Origin: Octopus bimaculoides
Taxonomy: Eukaryota
Length of the DNA: 50,843 bases
Assembly: GCF_001194135.2 (NCBI RefSeq)
Contig: NC_069000.1
Location: forward strand, 16,628,151-16,678,993
Direction: 5' to 3'
Each line of letters begins with the position of its first letter. Position 1 is the stretch's first letter. Shown in pieces: positions 11,365 through 22,400 of this stretch. The notes under the pieces were generated by a model, which saw only the letters and a program-made list of their open reading frames with translations, searched no databases and was not told the DNA's origin. Position numbers and translations under genes: made by a program.

Positions 11365-12270
11365 NNNNNNNNNNNNNNNNNNNNNNNNNNNNNNNNNNNN
11401 NNNNNNNNNNNNNNNNNNNNNNNNNNNNNNNNNNNNNNNNNNNNNNNNNNNNNNNNNNNNNNNNNNNNNNNNNNNNNNNNNNNNNNNNNNNNNNNNNNNN
11501 NNNNNNNNNNNNNNNNNNNNNNNNNNNNNNNNNNNNNNNNNNNNNNNNNNNNNNNNNNNNNNNNNNNNNNNNNNNNNNNNNNNNNNNNNNNNNNNNNNNN
11601 NNNNNNNNNNNNNNNNNNNNNNNNNNNNNNNNNNNNNNNNNNNNNNNNNNNNNNNNNNNNNNNNNNNNNNNNNNNNNNNNNNNNNNNNNNNNNNNNNNNN
11701 NNNNNNNNNNNNNNNNNNNNNNNNNNNNNNNNNNNNNNNNNNNNNNNNNNNNNNNNNNNNNNNNNNNNNNNNNNNNNNNNNNNNNNNNNNNNNNNNNNNN
11801 NNNNNNNNNNNNNNNNNNNNNNNNNNNNNNNNNNNNNNNNNNNNNNNNNNNNNNNNNNNNNNNNNNNNNNNNNNNNNNNNNNNNNNNNNNNNNNNNNNNN
11901 NNNNNNNNNNNNNNNNNNNNNNNNNNNNNNNNNNNNNNNNNNNNNNNNNNNNNNNNNNNNNNNNNNNNNNNNNNNNNNNNNNNNNNNNNNNNNNNNNNNN
12001 NNNNNNNNNNNNNNNNNNNNNNNNNNNNNNNNNNNNNNNNNNNNNNNNNNNNNNNNNNNNNNNNNNNNNNNNNNNNNNNNNNNNNNNNNNNNNNNNNNNN
12101 NNNNNNNNNNNNNNNNNNNNNNNNNNNNNNNNNNNNNNNNNNNNNNNNNNNNNNNNNNNNNNNNNNNNNNNNNNNNNNNNNNNNNNNNNNNNNNNNNNNN
12201 NNNNNNNNNNNNNNNNNNNNNNNNNNNNNNNNNNNNNNNNNNNNNNNNNNNNNNNNNNNNNNNNNNNNNT
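11365..12270. other. Assembly gap (N run)
   Basis: N bases flanked by (TA)n. Confidence 1.
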
Positions 12271-12302
12271 ATATATATGGAATAACAATGATCCCCTGAT
12301 AT

Positions 12303-12458
12303 GAGTTGCCAGAATTGTTAGGAACGCGGTCGAAGTGCTTAGTGGTATTTCATCGATTTTTACATTCTGAGTTCAAATTCCGCCAAGGTTGACTTTACCC
12401 TTCATCATTTCGGCTACGATAAAATAAGTATCAGTTAAAAACTGGAGTCGATGTAATA
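12303..12458 (+). mobile_element. tRNA-derived SINE family B
   Basis: B-box-like GAGTTCAAATTCCGCC and GGTTGACTTTACCCTTCATCATTTCGG...ATAAGTATCAGTT...CTGGAGTCGATGTAAT; homologous to 26143-26371. Confidence 0.75.
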
Positions 12459-12610
12459 AATATTAGCTCTCGGTATTATTACTACCTCTGTGGTTAAGCA
12501 ATATATTTTTAACAAACTAAGTGGCGACACAAATTAATCGCGACGCCAGCGTCTGTTCTATATATCTCTGGCGGGGACATGAATTGCTGCAATCTCTGGC
12601 AGTCCACCTT

Positions 12611-12657
12611 CCATCATTGATGAGACTAAGGAAGGTCGAAATCTAGTGATCTGATAG
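12611..12657 (+). ncRNA. Degenerate minimal type-I hammerhead ribozyme-like motif
   Basis: CCATCA|TTGATGA|GAC-TAAGGAAG-GTC|GAAA|TC-TAGT-GA|TC|TGATAG. Core UUGAUGA (C3 to U), 3-bp stem II, GAAA, 3-bp stem III, AUC triplet, stem I with 4 bp plus mismatch plus 1 bp. Confidence 0.5.
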
Positions 12658-13318
12658 TCTCGGTGCTGGAGGTTGCGGGTATTGATCTATCTCTCCGCTA
12701 GCAATATAGAGTCCATTTTGCACCAACAGCCAATATGGAGAGATTTCACATGGTAACTACCGCAGTAAAGTTTGTTCTAACTCAGCATCCTCGTTTAGGT
12801 GGGGATAAATATTGTTTCATGGATGTTTTAAAATAGAATACTTGGGTCATTTCAAAGGAAGGTCAACTATGGATCATCTAGTAGCCTGTGGTGTATACAC
12901 TCAAGGTTTCGGTGTTGGGACACACGCACGCATTATTTCTGCACGCATACACATACATATAAATATACATATACACACGTACGCGCATATATACACACAC
13001 ACATGTACACATACATACGCACAGAAATATGTCCGGCTGCGTGGTTAAACAGTTCGCTTTGCAACCACGTAACTTCGAGCTCAGTCCTACTCGTGTTCGG
13101 TCCTGTTGTGTGGAACTCAACATACATGTATGTGTGTGTGTGTGAGTGTGTTTGTGTGCATATGTGTGTGTGTGTGCATATGTGTGTGTGGTGCAGTAAG
13201 TGTGTGTTTATGTGCGTAAATTTTTTCGTTACACATTCAAATTACTTAACATACATGTAGGCATAAATAAAGTACATATCCTCCTTTCCTTATATACACA
13301 GGAACATAATGAATGCAG

Positions 13319-13321
<3 letters not shown>

Positions 13322-13410
<89 letters not shown>
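13322..13410. repeat. (GT)n microsatellite
   Basis: Direct reading. Confidence 0.97.
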
Positions 13411-13413
<3 letters not shown>

Positions 13414-13679
13414 CGTGTGTCTAAGGGCGTCACTCAAATCTCTTGTAAGTCTTTTTCCCAGCAATGTATGACATAATTATAATCTCAATAAATCTAAAGT
13501 ACTGTTAACAACAGGCAGCAACAACACCAAGAACAATATTAAACATTATTTACAACAACAAAAACAACAGCAATTGCAGCAGCCCTCGTGGCAGTAGTAG
13601 TAAATAAAGAGCAGCCCTAATGATGATTAGGGTAATAATGAGCAGAACGACAGTGCTGACTTCAAACAAAATGAGATGA

Positions 13680-14449
13680 AGGTGATGATGATGATGGTAG
13701 TGGTGATGATGGTGGTGGTGGTGGTCGTCGTGGTGGTGGTCGTGGTGGTGGTGGTGGTGGTGGTCGTCGTCGTCGTCGTTGTGGTGGTGGTCNNNNNNNN
13801 NNNNNNNNNNNNNNNNNNNNNNNNNNNNNNNNNNNNNNNNNNNNNNNNNNNNNNNNNNNNNNNNNNNNNNNNNNNNNNNNNNNNNNNNNNNNNNNNNNNN
13901 NNNNNNNNNNNNNNNNNNNNNNNNNNNNNNNNNNNNNNNNNNNNNNNNNNNNNNNNNNNNNNNNNNNNNNNNNNNNNNNNNNNNNNNNNNNNNNNNNNNN
14001 NNNNNNNNNNNNNNNNNNNNNNNNNNNNNNNNNNNNNNNNNNNNNNNNNNNNNNNNNNNNNNNNNNNNNNNNNNNNNNNNNNNNNNNNNNNNNNNNNNNN
14101 NNNNNNNNNNNNNNNNNNNNNNNNNNNNNNNNNNNNNNNNNNNNNNNNNNNNNNNNNNNNNNNNNNNNNNNNNNNNNNNNNNNNNNNNNNNNNNNNNNNN
14201 NNNNNNNNNNNNNNNNNNNNNNNNNNNNNNNNNNNNNNNNNNNNNNNNNNNNNNNNNNNNNNNNNNNNNNNNNNNNNNNNNNNNNNNNNNNNNNNNNNNN
14301 NNNNNNNNNNNNNNNNNNNNNNNNNNNNNNNNNNNCGTCGTGGTGGTGGTCGTGGTGGTGGTGGTGGTGGTGGTCGTCGTCGTCGTCGTCGTCGTGGTCG
14401 TGGTGGTGGTGGTGATGACGACAATGACGACGACAATAACGACGACACT

Positions 14450-14480
<31 letters not shown>

Positions 14481-14531
14481 ATGATGATGGTGATGATAAC
14501 AACAACGATAACGACGAAGAGGATGAGGACA

Positions 14532-14562
<31 letters not shown>

Positions 14563-14572
14563 CTATGATTAA
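13680..14572. repeat. Compound GTG/GTC/GAT trinucleotide array spanning an assembly gap (N 13793-14335)
   Basis: Direct reading; source of the poly-V/D/H/P/T artefact ORFs. Confidence 0.92.
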
Positions 14573-14699
14573 TAATCATCCCTCTTCACAAACTACGTAA
14601 TGGTCTCAACGAGGTTCTTAATAGTGCATTTAAAACGAGCACCTGTCATCGGGATGGTGTAAGAATACACGAGTTCATGTACGGCACGGTCTCTTTTGT

Positions 14700-15520
14700 T
14701 CAGAATGGTTGACCGATAAAAAGGAGACGTTTGCAGAAGCATTCGACAGATTAGAAGCGATCGTCTCCACTGCAATAAATATTTCTAAGAGAATATTCCA
14801 ATGAAATGGTATCTCTGTATTTCTGTTCACTTTGGCGTTAAACCCATTATCATTCCTACGACAAAAAAAAACAAATGGCTACATGCTAGAATCTGAAACT
14901 GCAAGAGATATTAACCTAACCCATAATTTATTTGTGGATAGCCTCAAGATGTATGCTAAAAATGTTAACAATGTCAAAAACAGAACCGAAATTAATAACA
15001 TTTTCAGCTGACATAGAAATGGAATTTGGCCCGAAGAAATGTTCTTAGTTAACTGTTGAACAGGGAAAATCAGTCTTCTAGACACAAAACCTGTGTATCA
15101 AGAGCCCCACTATCTCTACTGTTCCACACAAATAATGTCATAAGTACCTTGGCCCTGATGAAAATATAGCATACCAGTCTGAACTCTCCACTTGCAACAT
15201 TACAATATCCGTCGACGCATTTTCAGTACCAGTTCCAATTCTAACGTTCGGGATACTTTATTGGTCTGTAGGAGAAATCCACTCCATAGACATTAACATC
15301 CGCAAGATTCTAACATGAACTGGAAATCTCCATAAAAATAGTGATATCGACAGGAGGTAGGGGCTTGAGATCAGTGAAGACAGCCTTCGAATGTCGCATA
15401 GTCTCTCTCAGACAGCACTTGCTAAAGAACAGCATGGCCACAATCTACGAGAGAAGTGTTGTAAGGCGAAATAAAACTGGTTACGGGATTCGAAATAGGG
15501 AAGAATGTTTCTCTCAAAAT
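14700..15520 (+). mobile_element. R4/Dong-like reverse transcriptase fragment, decayed
   Basis: Piecewise translation: KRIFQ*NGISVFLFTLALNPLSFL (GIFQGD-like), THNLFVDSLKMYA (FVDD-like, second Asp lost), TFSADIEMEFGPKKC, HKYLGPDENI, FGILYWSVGEIHSIDINIRKILT, HKNSDIDR, GGRGLRSVKTAFECRIVSL. Confidence 0.85.
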
Positions 15521-16597
15521 TGAAGAGGATTGTGGATTTTCTATCTAGTTTGTGATGTTCTTTAGCAGAGAGTTCATCCATTTCGAATGCGTTTTTGCTA
15601 TACAACATAATAAAATACGCCATAATTTTAAAATAAAAATTGTGAACTTCAATTTGTATGAGGTCTTTTTTAGTAACTTGATTGATCATAGATTAACACC
15701 AAGTTAGGTTTTGTACCAAATAGAACAATAACAGATATTTTTATTTGGTGGTTACTTATTGACGTTAATAGTGGAATCTCCGCTAGTTGTTTTTATGTTT
15801 ATTCATGAGTAACTATGGCGTGTCCATGTAATATCAAGAGTCTAAAATCAGTGTTAGTGTTATTACTTTTGCTTTAGTCGCAGTTTATGTCTTTACTAAT
15901 TTTTTCTAATGTAGAATTTACTAGGGATGTTGATACTGCTCATTACTAGGAATTTGTGCAGATTGATTTGCTAGTTTGAGCTGCATATTTCCTTTCAACA
16001 AACATAGTATGTCAACGCAGCTGCATCGATCTGAAATATAAGCAGTTGAGATATTTTGCTTCCTAATAGCTCTTCATTCTTTTCACGTAACTAATCCAGA
16101 GATTTTCTCTAATCTTTTTGTATAATTGGTACAAATATTCATCTAAATCACTAATCCATTGGGATGTGTCTCGATACACCTGCAACCTCCAAAATCTGAC
16201 TCTCTTTTCTTGCTAAATGTGGTGTACATAGTAGTAATTCATCTGTTGCTTACCGGTTTAATTTTGTCGCTTTATCATTGCAAAGAACTTCTCTAAACAG
16301 GCGCTTGCATTTATCAAAAGCAATACACACCTTCCTCTTTTCAACTTGACTCATACAACATTAAAAGGTGTATAATATCCCATGCCGAAGTGACATACTT
16401 CCACACCATTTATGCATGTATGTATGTATGTATGCATGTATGCATGTATGTATGCATGCATGCAATGTATGTATGTATGTATTATGTATGTATTCTACTA
16501 AGTTCCATTTTTCAATTTCTCACCAATAGAGCAAGAGCTAATTTTTACTAATAAAAAGACACTACATTGGAATTTAGATATCGGAGTAGTTGTACAT

Positions 16598-16639
<42 letters not shown>

Positions 16640-16698
16640 AGGAAAATGCACAGAGTTTACATAGTTTTAATATATCTTAAATGAAAGAGTATTGTGGT

Positions 16699-16731
16699 TG
16701 TCGACCGGTTTCGATTTCTCTCATCATGGCA
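16699..16731 (-). ncRNA. Degenerate minimal hammerhead ribozyme-like motif directly 3' of a GIY-YIG frame
   Basis: Minus strand TGCC|ATGATGA|GA-GAAA-TC|GAA-ACCGGT-C|GACA: core with C3 to A, palindromic stem III ACCGGU, GUC triplet, stem I 3/4 paired. Confidence 0.45.
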
Positions 16732-16737
16732 TTGAAA

Positions 16738-16980
16738 TTATTGTGATTTCGTATTTTTTAAGAAGATTTTAGTCCATAAACTTGTATGAAAGTTTGTGAA
16801 TGAACCAACAAGTCCACAACCTGAACAAATTATAACATAAATTAAATTCTTGGATTTCACAACTTCACAAGTGAAGTTGGAATTAACTGTGAACGTCTCT
16901 CCTTGTTTCAGTTGAAATTCTGAACCTTCCAGTGGGTTAGAGCATGTTCCACAGTTTGGGCGTCCACAATTTTTAACCAT
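16738..16980 (-). mobile_element. Penelope-like element endonuclease fragment (Zn-knuckle plus first GIY-YIG strand, internally deleted)
   Basis: KNCGRPNCGTC followed by NFTC...SKNLIYVIICSGCG, the Cys-rich linker and xIY motif of PLE endonucleases. Confidence 0.8.
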
Positions 16981-16994
16981 TGGTTTCGTGGTTG

Positions 16995-17270
16995 TTATGT
17001 ATAAAGACCAACTTCACTTGTGCATCCGAGAATTTAATTTATGTTATAACTTGTTCAGGTTGTGGATACAACTATGTAGAACAAACAAGTATGTCACTTA
17101 GACGGAGAACCACACTGCATAAGGAACAGATCCGTTTTCCAAGGTATAGACAGATACCTTTGAGTGAACACATTGAGAGATGTGCAGAGAGTCTTCAACC
17201 AAATTTTAGTTTTCCCCATCTACCAGTGCAAAGAACCAATTTCTGTACAGGAACGTCTTTTCTTTAACCT
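16995..17270 (+). mobile_element. Penelope-like GIY-YIG endonuclease fragment
   Basis: NFTCASENLIYVITCSGCGYNYVEQTSMSLRRRTTLHKEQI...LSEHIERC (LIY, YVGQT-like YVEQT, catalytic Arg, H..C); after a frameshift FPIYQCKEPISVQERLF. Confidence 0.88.
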
Positions 17271-17426
17271 GGTCTTGTATTTCCTGGTTTCCTGATTACA
17301 TGTTCCTTGTTACAAATTCCATCATAGGAAGCATGTTTACCCAGTCCTAAGCACCTGTATTCCTCGTGAAATTACACAGGAATAGTCAAGACATTGTTAG
17401 ATATGTATGTATCTGTTATGTATGTA

Positions 17427-17457
<31 letters not shown>

Positions 17458-17723
17458 ATGTGCGTGCGTGCATATATGTGTGTATGTAATTATTTGAAGC
17501 CTTCAGGTACGGAGGAAGCTGGTTCTAACAAAGATTTTAAGCCTTGTCATTGGAATGTAGGTTACAAAAACAGTGTCACACTTTGAACTTCAAAAGTCTT
17601 GTATAGTTTTACTGTCTTGCTTATAGATTGTCTTTGTAATGTATGCGTTTGCTGGTTGGTTTCTTATTCTGACGAACCTAGCTTTCCGTATTGTTTCTCA
17701 AGCATTTACTAACATTTACTTTG

Positions 17724-17759
<36 letters not shown>

Positions 17760-18651
17760 TGTATTTATGTATGCATGTATGCATGTATGCATGTATGTAT
17801 GTATGTATGTATGTATGTACATATGTATATATACATGAAGAAAGCAGGATTACAAAGCCATATCTAAATATTTCATTATAAGCAAACTTGTCTGGGTAAG
17901 TGTACTCATCGGTGGGTGGAATGGAATACAGATAAGCTAGTCACATGCTACGTGACGTCAAGTGGTATTTACCACATCATATACGCCAAGCGAGTTTCCC
18001 TTAAAGTTCATGAGAAGGAAATTTGAGCTGTCTGAAACTGATTCAGACTTACTTTTGTTTAGAATTTGAGGTAGGTGCCGATAGCTGTAAAATATTTTTC
18101 TCTAAGAAAGGGAGCGAAATACATTACTTTGACCTACTTTGAATGTTAGTTTTCGATCCAAAATGACCTGTCTAATATTTGTAATTCTTCCTTTCGTTTT
18201 CGATTTCCAAACTAATTTACAGAGCCGTTGTCCATATGATGATGTTGGAATGAGTGACTGCTTCAGACGATTTTTTAGATAAATGTTACAAAGATAGAAG
18301 CTTTGTAACACACACATACACACAAGCGCACATGCATGAATATATATACATACGTGCCTTCATGCATGCTTACATATATATACATGCTTATATGCGTATA
18401 CACGTATCCACATACATAAATGCAAATAGACACATGCACACGGGCACACATACGCATACACACATTCTGTCTTTTTCGCCGCTCTGATACTGAAAAGAAA
18501 TAGATTTTAACTTTGTAAAAATGCATCTTGATGTAGAATGAGTGAGTTGACATCAATAATGCCGTTTCTATTCTTGTAAATATTGATGGCAGTATAACCC
18601 ACTGGATGTAACTAATAAAACAACAGAAGAATACGCATAGATACCATTACG

Positions 18652-18750
18652 TACACTGTATTCCCTCGACTATCGCGGTTGTTATATTCCAACCCACCCC
18701 CTCGCAGTAAGTGAAAATCTACGAAGTAGAAACAATACTGTACTGTATAT
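18652..18750 (+). mobile_element. Possible pogo/Tigger-like MITE terminal fragment
   Basis: TACACTGTATTCCCTCGACTATCGCGG...GTGAAAATCTACGAAGTAG resembles Tigger/pogo-type TA-CAGT termini from recall; no opposite end found. Confidence 0.35.
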
Positions 18751-18784
18751 TTTTTTTACCGTTTTTATAATTGGTATATATTTC

Positions 18785-18955
18785 AGTTCTATATTTAAGA
18801 GATGAGGAATTATGTACAATATTTACATTTGACGGATATTTGTCCTCATCTTTGTTGTTAACACAACGTTTCAGCTGATATACTCTCCAGCCTTCTTCAG
18901 GTGTCTTGTAGAAATTTCGATCCTGGGTTCTCATTCTTAAGGTGTTTTTCGATGT
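18785..18955 (-). mobile_element. Short Penelope pLTR-like non-coding element abutting (TAA)n and carrying a hammerhead motif
   Basis: Contains the hammerhead motif below plus a 9-bp inverted repeat (AGATGAGGA 18800-18808 / TCCTCATCT 18843-18851); bounded by the TTA array at 18955. Confidence 0.55.
18860..18905 (-). ncRNA. Minimal type-I hammerhead ribozyme (Penelope-type, predicted to act as a dimer)
   Basis: Minus strand GACAC|CTGAAGA|A|GGCTG-GAGAGTATAT-CAGCT|GAA-ACGT-T|GTGTT: intact CUGANGA and GAAA boxes, 5-bp stems I and II (one G-U each), palindromic ACGU stem III, GUU triplet. Confidence 0.72.
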
Positions 18956-18963
18956 TATTATTA

Positions 18964-19028
<65 letters not shown>
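18955..19028. repeat. (TTA)n microsatellite
   Basis: Direct reading. Confidence 0.95.
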
Positions 19029-19189
19029 TCTTCAAACAAGACTGTTATGGCTCACAATCTCGAAATAATCTTTATAGTGCTGTTTCCGCTTAAGGGGGGA
19101 TGGTCCACCGTCATAGAATTCCTGTGACCTGCAACGACCCAAGAATTATTAGCTATGTGCATGCGAACATGCAAATCTTCGAGAGAAGA

Positions 19190-19370
19190 TGGAAACATAC
19201 TCATAGGAATATACATCAAAACGTCTGTAAAGTTCAAGCATAATCGGCTAGATATAGTTATTTGGGGCTAAAATAGATTTCATGCTAATTATGGAGATCA
19301 GTTGCCCCAAAATATGAACATCTTTTTCCAAAATCAATGAGAAAGAGAATATTTGTATACAATTTATTGA
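19190..19370 (+). mobile_element. Short decayed R4-like RLE fragment
   Basis: IKTSVKFKHNRLDIVIWG...IMEISCPQNMNIFSKINEKENI, a PD-(D/E)xK-like segment with PD changed to LD; ends at a (CATA)n run. Confidence 0.65.
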
Positions 19371-19584
19371 CATACATACATACATACATACATACATACA
19401 TACATACATACATACATACATAATTAGGATAGCTAGTGAACTTGAGGAGAGGTATGAAATAAGAGCTGATACAGATCTTTCCCCAAGGAGCATTGGTAAA
19501 ATCTATTTATCGAGAGAACAAAATTTAGAAGATTAACCGGTCAGCTGAGAAGATAGTACATGCGTACTTGGCATGAAAACACAA

Positions 19585-20170
19585 ACCACAAAAAGGATTG
19601 ATCATATCAAAAGCTTGGCTTGGAGTACCGACGCGTTTATGATATCCCATGTTGAAGGCTACCTCCATGTTATTCAAGAACAAAAGTCCCCACGAAGTAC
19701 CTACAACATAAACGGCTGGAAACAATGACAGACAACAAATGTAGTCTGTGCAAGACCAAGACTGAAGACATCAACCACATCATTGCAAACTGCGAGAGAA
19801 TGTCTTCTCGATGTCATCTTCCTATAAGGCATAATGTGGTGGCCAGAACAGTCTGGAACAGATTACGATAAAGAAAACACCTACAGTCGAAGTTGTCTAT
19901 ATTGGAACGAATATTAATGGAGCTTAAAGATTAAAGCAACCACCAAGGTAAAATACACCCGGCCAGATATTGTTGCGTGGGACCACAAGGAAAAGATATG
20001 TTCTGCCATGGAAATCAGCTGAGGTTTGGACACCAATGAGATTACAGAAATACAAGAGAAAGAGGATATCTATGGATCATTGATAAGAAGCTTGCAAATT
20101 CAGTACACAAGCTATACTTTCAACATCATATCTATTAATAATTTGAGTAACAGGTTACATACAAACTGTC
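19585..20170 (+). mobile_element. R4/Dong-like CCHC zinc knuckle plus restriction-like endonuclease fragment, decayed
   Basis: IDHIKSLAW...HVEGYLHVIQEQ; TDNKCSLCKTKTEDINHIIANCERMS...LPIRHNVVA (CCHC, RHN); KVKYTRPDIVAWDHKEKICSAMEIS; EKEDIYGSLIRSLQI. Confidence 0.87.
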
Positions 20171-20489
20171 TGGGGCAAAGCATGGCTAATCATGTTCTTG
20201 GGGAGATAGATAAATACATAGATGTAAAGACATATACGATGGGCTTCATTCAGTTTCCGTCTTCCAAATCTACTTTGGTCGACACAGTATAAGAGACATA
20301 CCTAAGGTGCCATAATGTTCAAAATCTTCTAATACCGACTGATGAGCTAAAGACCTTTCCTTTAATCCCTCAAGAAGCTTATACACCTATAGTGTCGTCA
20401 AGAATTTGAGCTTGTAATGTTGAAAACTAAAACTAAACGTATACTACCTTCTTCAGCGTTCTATCCTTCAAATATTTCTTTTATCTCTT

Positions 20490-20697
20490 ATCTTTTATTT
20501 GTTTCAGACATTAGGCTGCGGCCATGCTGGGGCACCACCATAACGAATTCATTCAGTTTACATCTACCAAATCCATTCACAAGGTTTTGGTCGGCCTGAG
20601 GTTATATTAGAAGACAGGTGCCCAAAGTGCCACACAGTGGGACTGAATCTGGAACCATGTAGTTGGGAAGCAAGCTTCTTGCCACACAGCCACGCTT
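20490..20697 (-). mobile_element. SINE family A copy lacking the central microsatellite segment
   Basis: Head and core nearly match 10385-10549; directly joined to the tail GGTGGTGCCCCAGCATGGCCGCAGCC. Confidence 0.78.
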
Positions 20698-20915
20698 ACC
20701 ATCGTAGCCCAATTTGCATCTTAAATCACAGGTTCATCAAAGACACTTTTACTGTCTTTTGCTCTGGGCAAACCCGAAACGACCGTGGCCAGTCTTTTAT
20801 ATTGGTCTTTTTTTTCCTTTTGAATTATATAAAAGGCTTGAGTCCCAGTGCATAACAGAAATTGGTGGAGTGTCAAAACTATCATTGATAGCTTTAGCTT
20901 TTTCTTCTCTATCTT

Positions 20916-21556
20916 NNNNNNNNNNNNNNNNNNNNNNNNNNNNNNNNNNNNNNNNNNNNNNNNNNNNNNNNNNNNNNNNNNNNNNNNNNNNNNNNNNNNN
21001 NNNNNNNNNNNNNNNNNNNNNNNNNNNNNNNNNNNNNNNNNNNNNNNNNNNNNNNNNNNNNNNNNNNNNNNNNNNNNNNNNNNNNNNNNNNNNNNNNNNN
21101 NNNNNNNNNNNNNNNNNNNNNNNNNNNNNNNNNNNNNNNNNNNNNNNNNNNNNNNNNNNNNNNNNNNNNNNNNNNNNNNNNNNNNNNNNNNNNNNNNNNN
21201 NNNNNNNNNNNNNNNNNNNNNNNNNNNNNNNNNNNNNNNNNNNNNNNNNNNNNNNNNNNNNNNNNNNNNNNNNNNNNNNNNNNNNNNNNNNNNNNNNNNN
21301 NNNNNNNNNNNNNNNNNNNNNNNNNNNNNNNNNNNNNNNNNNNNNNNNNNNNNNNNNNNNNNNNNNNNNNNNNNNNNNNNNNNNNNNNNNNNNNNNNNNN
21401 NNNNNNNNNNNNNNNNNNNNNNNNNNNNNNNNNNNNNNNNNNNNNNNNNNNNNNNNNNNNNNNNNNNNNNNNNNNNNNNNNNNNNNNNNNNNNNNNNNNN
21501 NNNNNNNNNNNNNNNNNNNNNNNNNNNNNNNNNNNNNNNNNNNNNNNNNNNNNNNN
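20916..21556. other. Assembly gap (N run)
   Basis: N bases. Confidence 1.
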
Positions 21557-21782
21557 AACGTATTTTCTCTGGCTATAAAATGTTTCATCTTTGTATCATG
21601 GCTGTGAGATAAAATGAACGCTGACGGAAACATGGAAAAGTAGGCAGTTAGTATGATTGATTTGGAAAGCTTCTTTGAGGCTGTTTCAACTCAATACATT
21701 GAAATATTCGGTCGATCTGTTTCCCAGCGTTTCCTTCAGAGCTTGTATCTTTCTCTCAATCTCCCTCTTCCCTCTACTATTC

Positions 21783-21832
21783 TCTGTCTGTCTGTCTGTC
21801 TGTCAGTCTCTCTCTCTCTCTCCCTCTCTCTC

Positions 21833-21874
<42 letters not shown>

Positions 21875-21885
21875 CCTCTCTCTTT
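21783..21885. repeat. (CTGT)n/(CT)n microsatellite
   Basis: Direct reading. Confidence 0.93.
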
Positions 21886-22400
21886 CCCACTCGATTGCCC
21901 TTCCTTCATCTCAATAACTCTCGCATAATTTATTATCGATATGGGGATCCACACATACACCAGCACACATTTATAAATGGGCATATGGTGTGCATAAACG
22001 TGTATGACTCTCTTTTTTATCTCCTGTGTGTGTGTGCGCGCGCGTATTTTTTGGTGTATGTGTGTGTATGTGTGTGTATGGAGTTACTGACGGTCAAGGA
22101 CGACTTGGTTCCATGCTTTCCCTATTTGTTTTAGATGTCTATGTAGTTTTGCATAGAAGAAATCATCGTTTTGCTCTATTTTCTCCACCACCTCACAATG
22201 ATCCAACGGAACATCCAGGGTACGATAGCTGGGGAGGATAGTGTTGTACCAACAGACGGGTGTTTTCTTCCGAAAGAAACTCCTCCCGTCTCTCTCCCTT
22301 TCTCTCTCTCTCTGAGATACTGTATAACACTGTTCTATATATATTCAGTAATTGTATGACACTGTGTTTTCTGTATATTCAGGGATTGTATGACAGTGTT

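Noticed and set aside
17290-17390. Minus-strand DWVNMLPMMEF resembling a gypsy integrase segment
   Set aside because: Very short, followed by a stop, and no other integrase motifs nearby.
20336-20360. CTGATGAG as another hammerhead core (similar hits at 15154 and 23420)
   Set aside because: No stem II plus GAAA follows; 15154 lies within R4 coding sequence.
22318-22400. ~2.4 copies of a 33-35-bp unit as a CRISPR-like array (also the 20-22-mer repeats at 24315-24400)
   Set aside because: Head-to-tail degenerate minisatellites without unique spacers, in a eukaryotic context with no cas genes.
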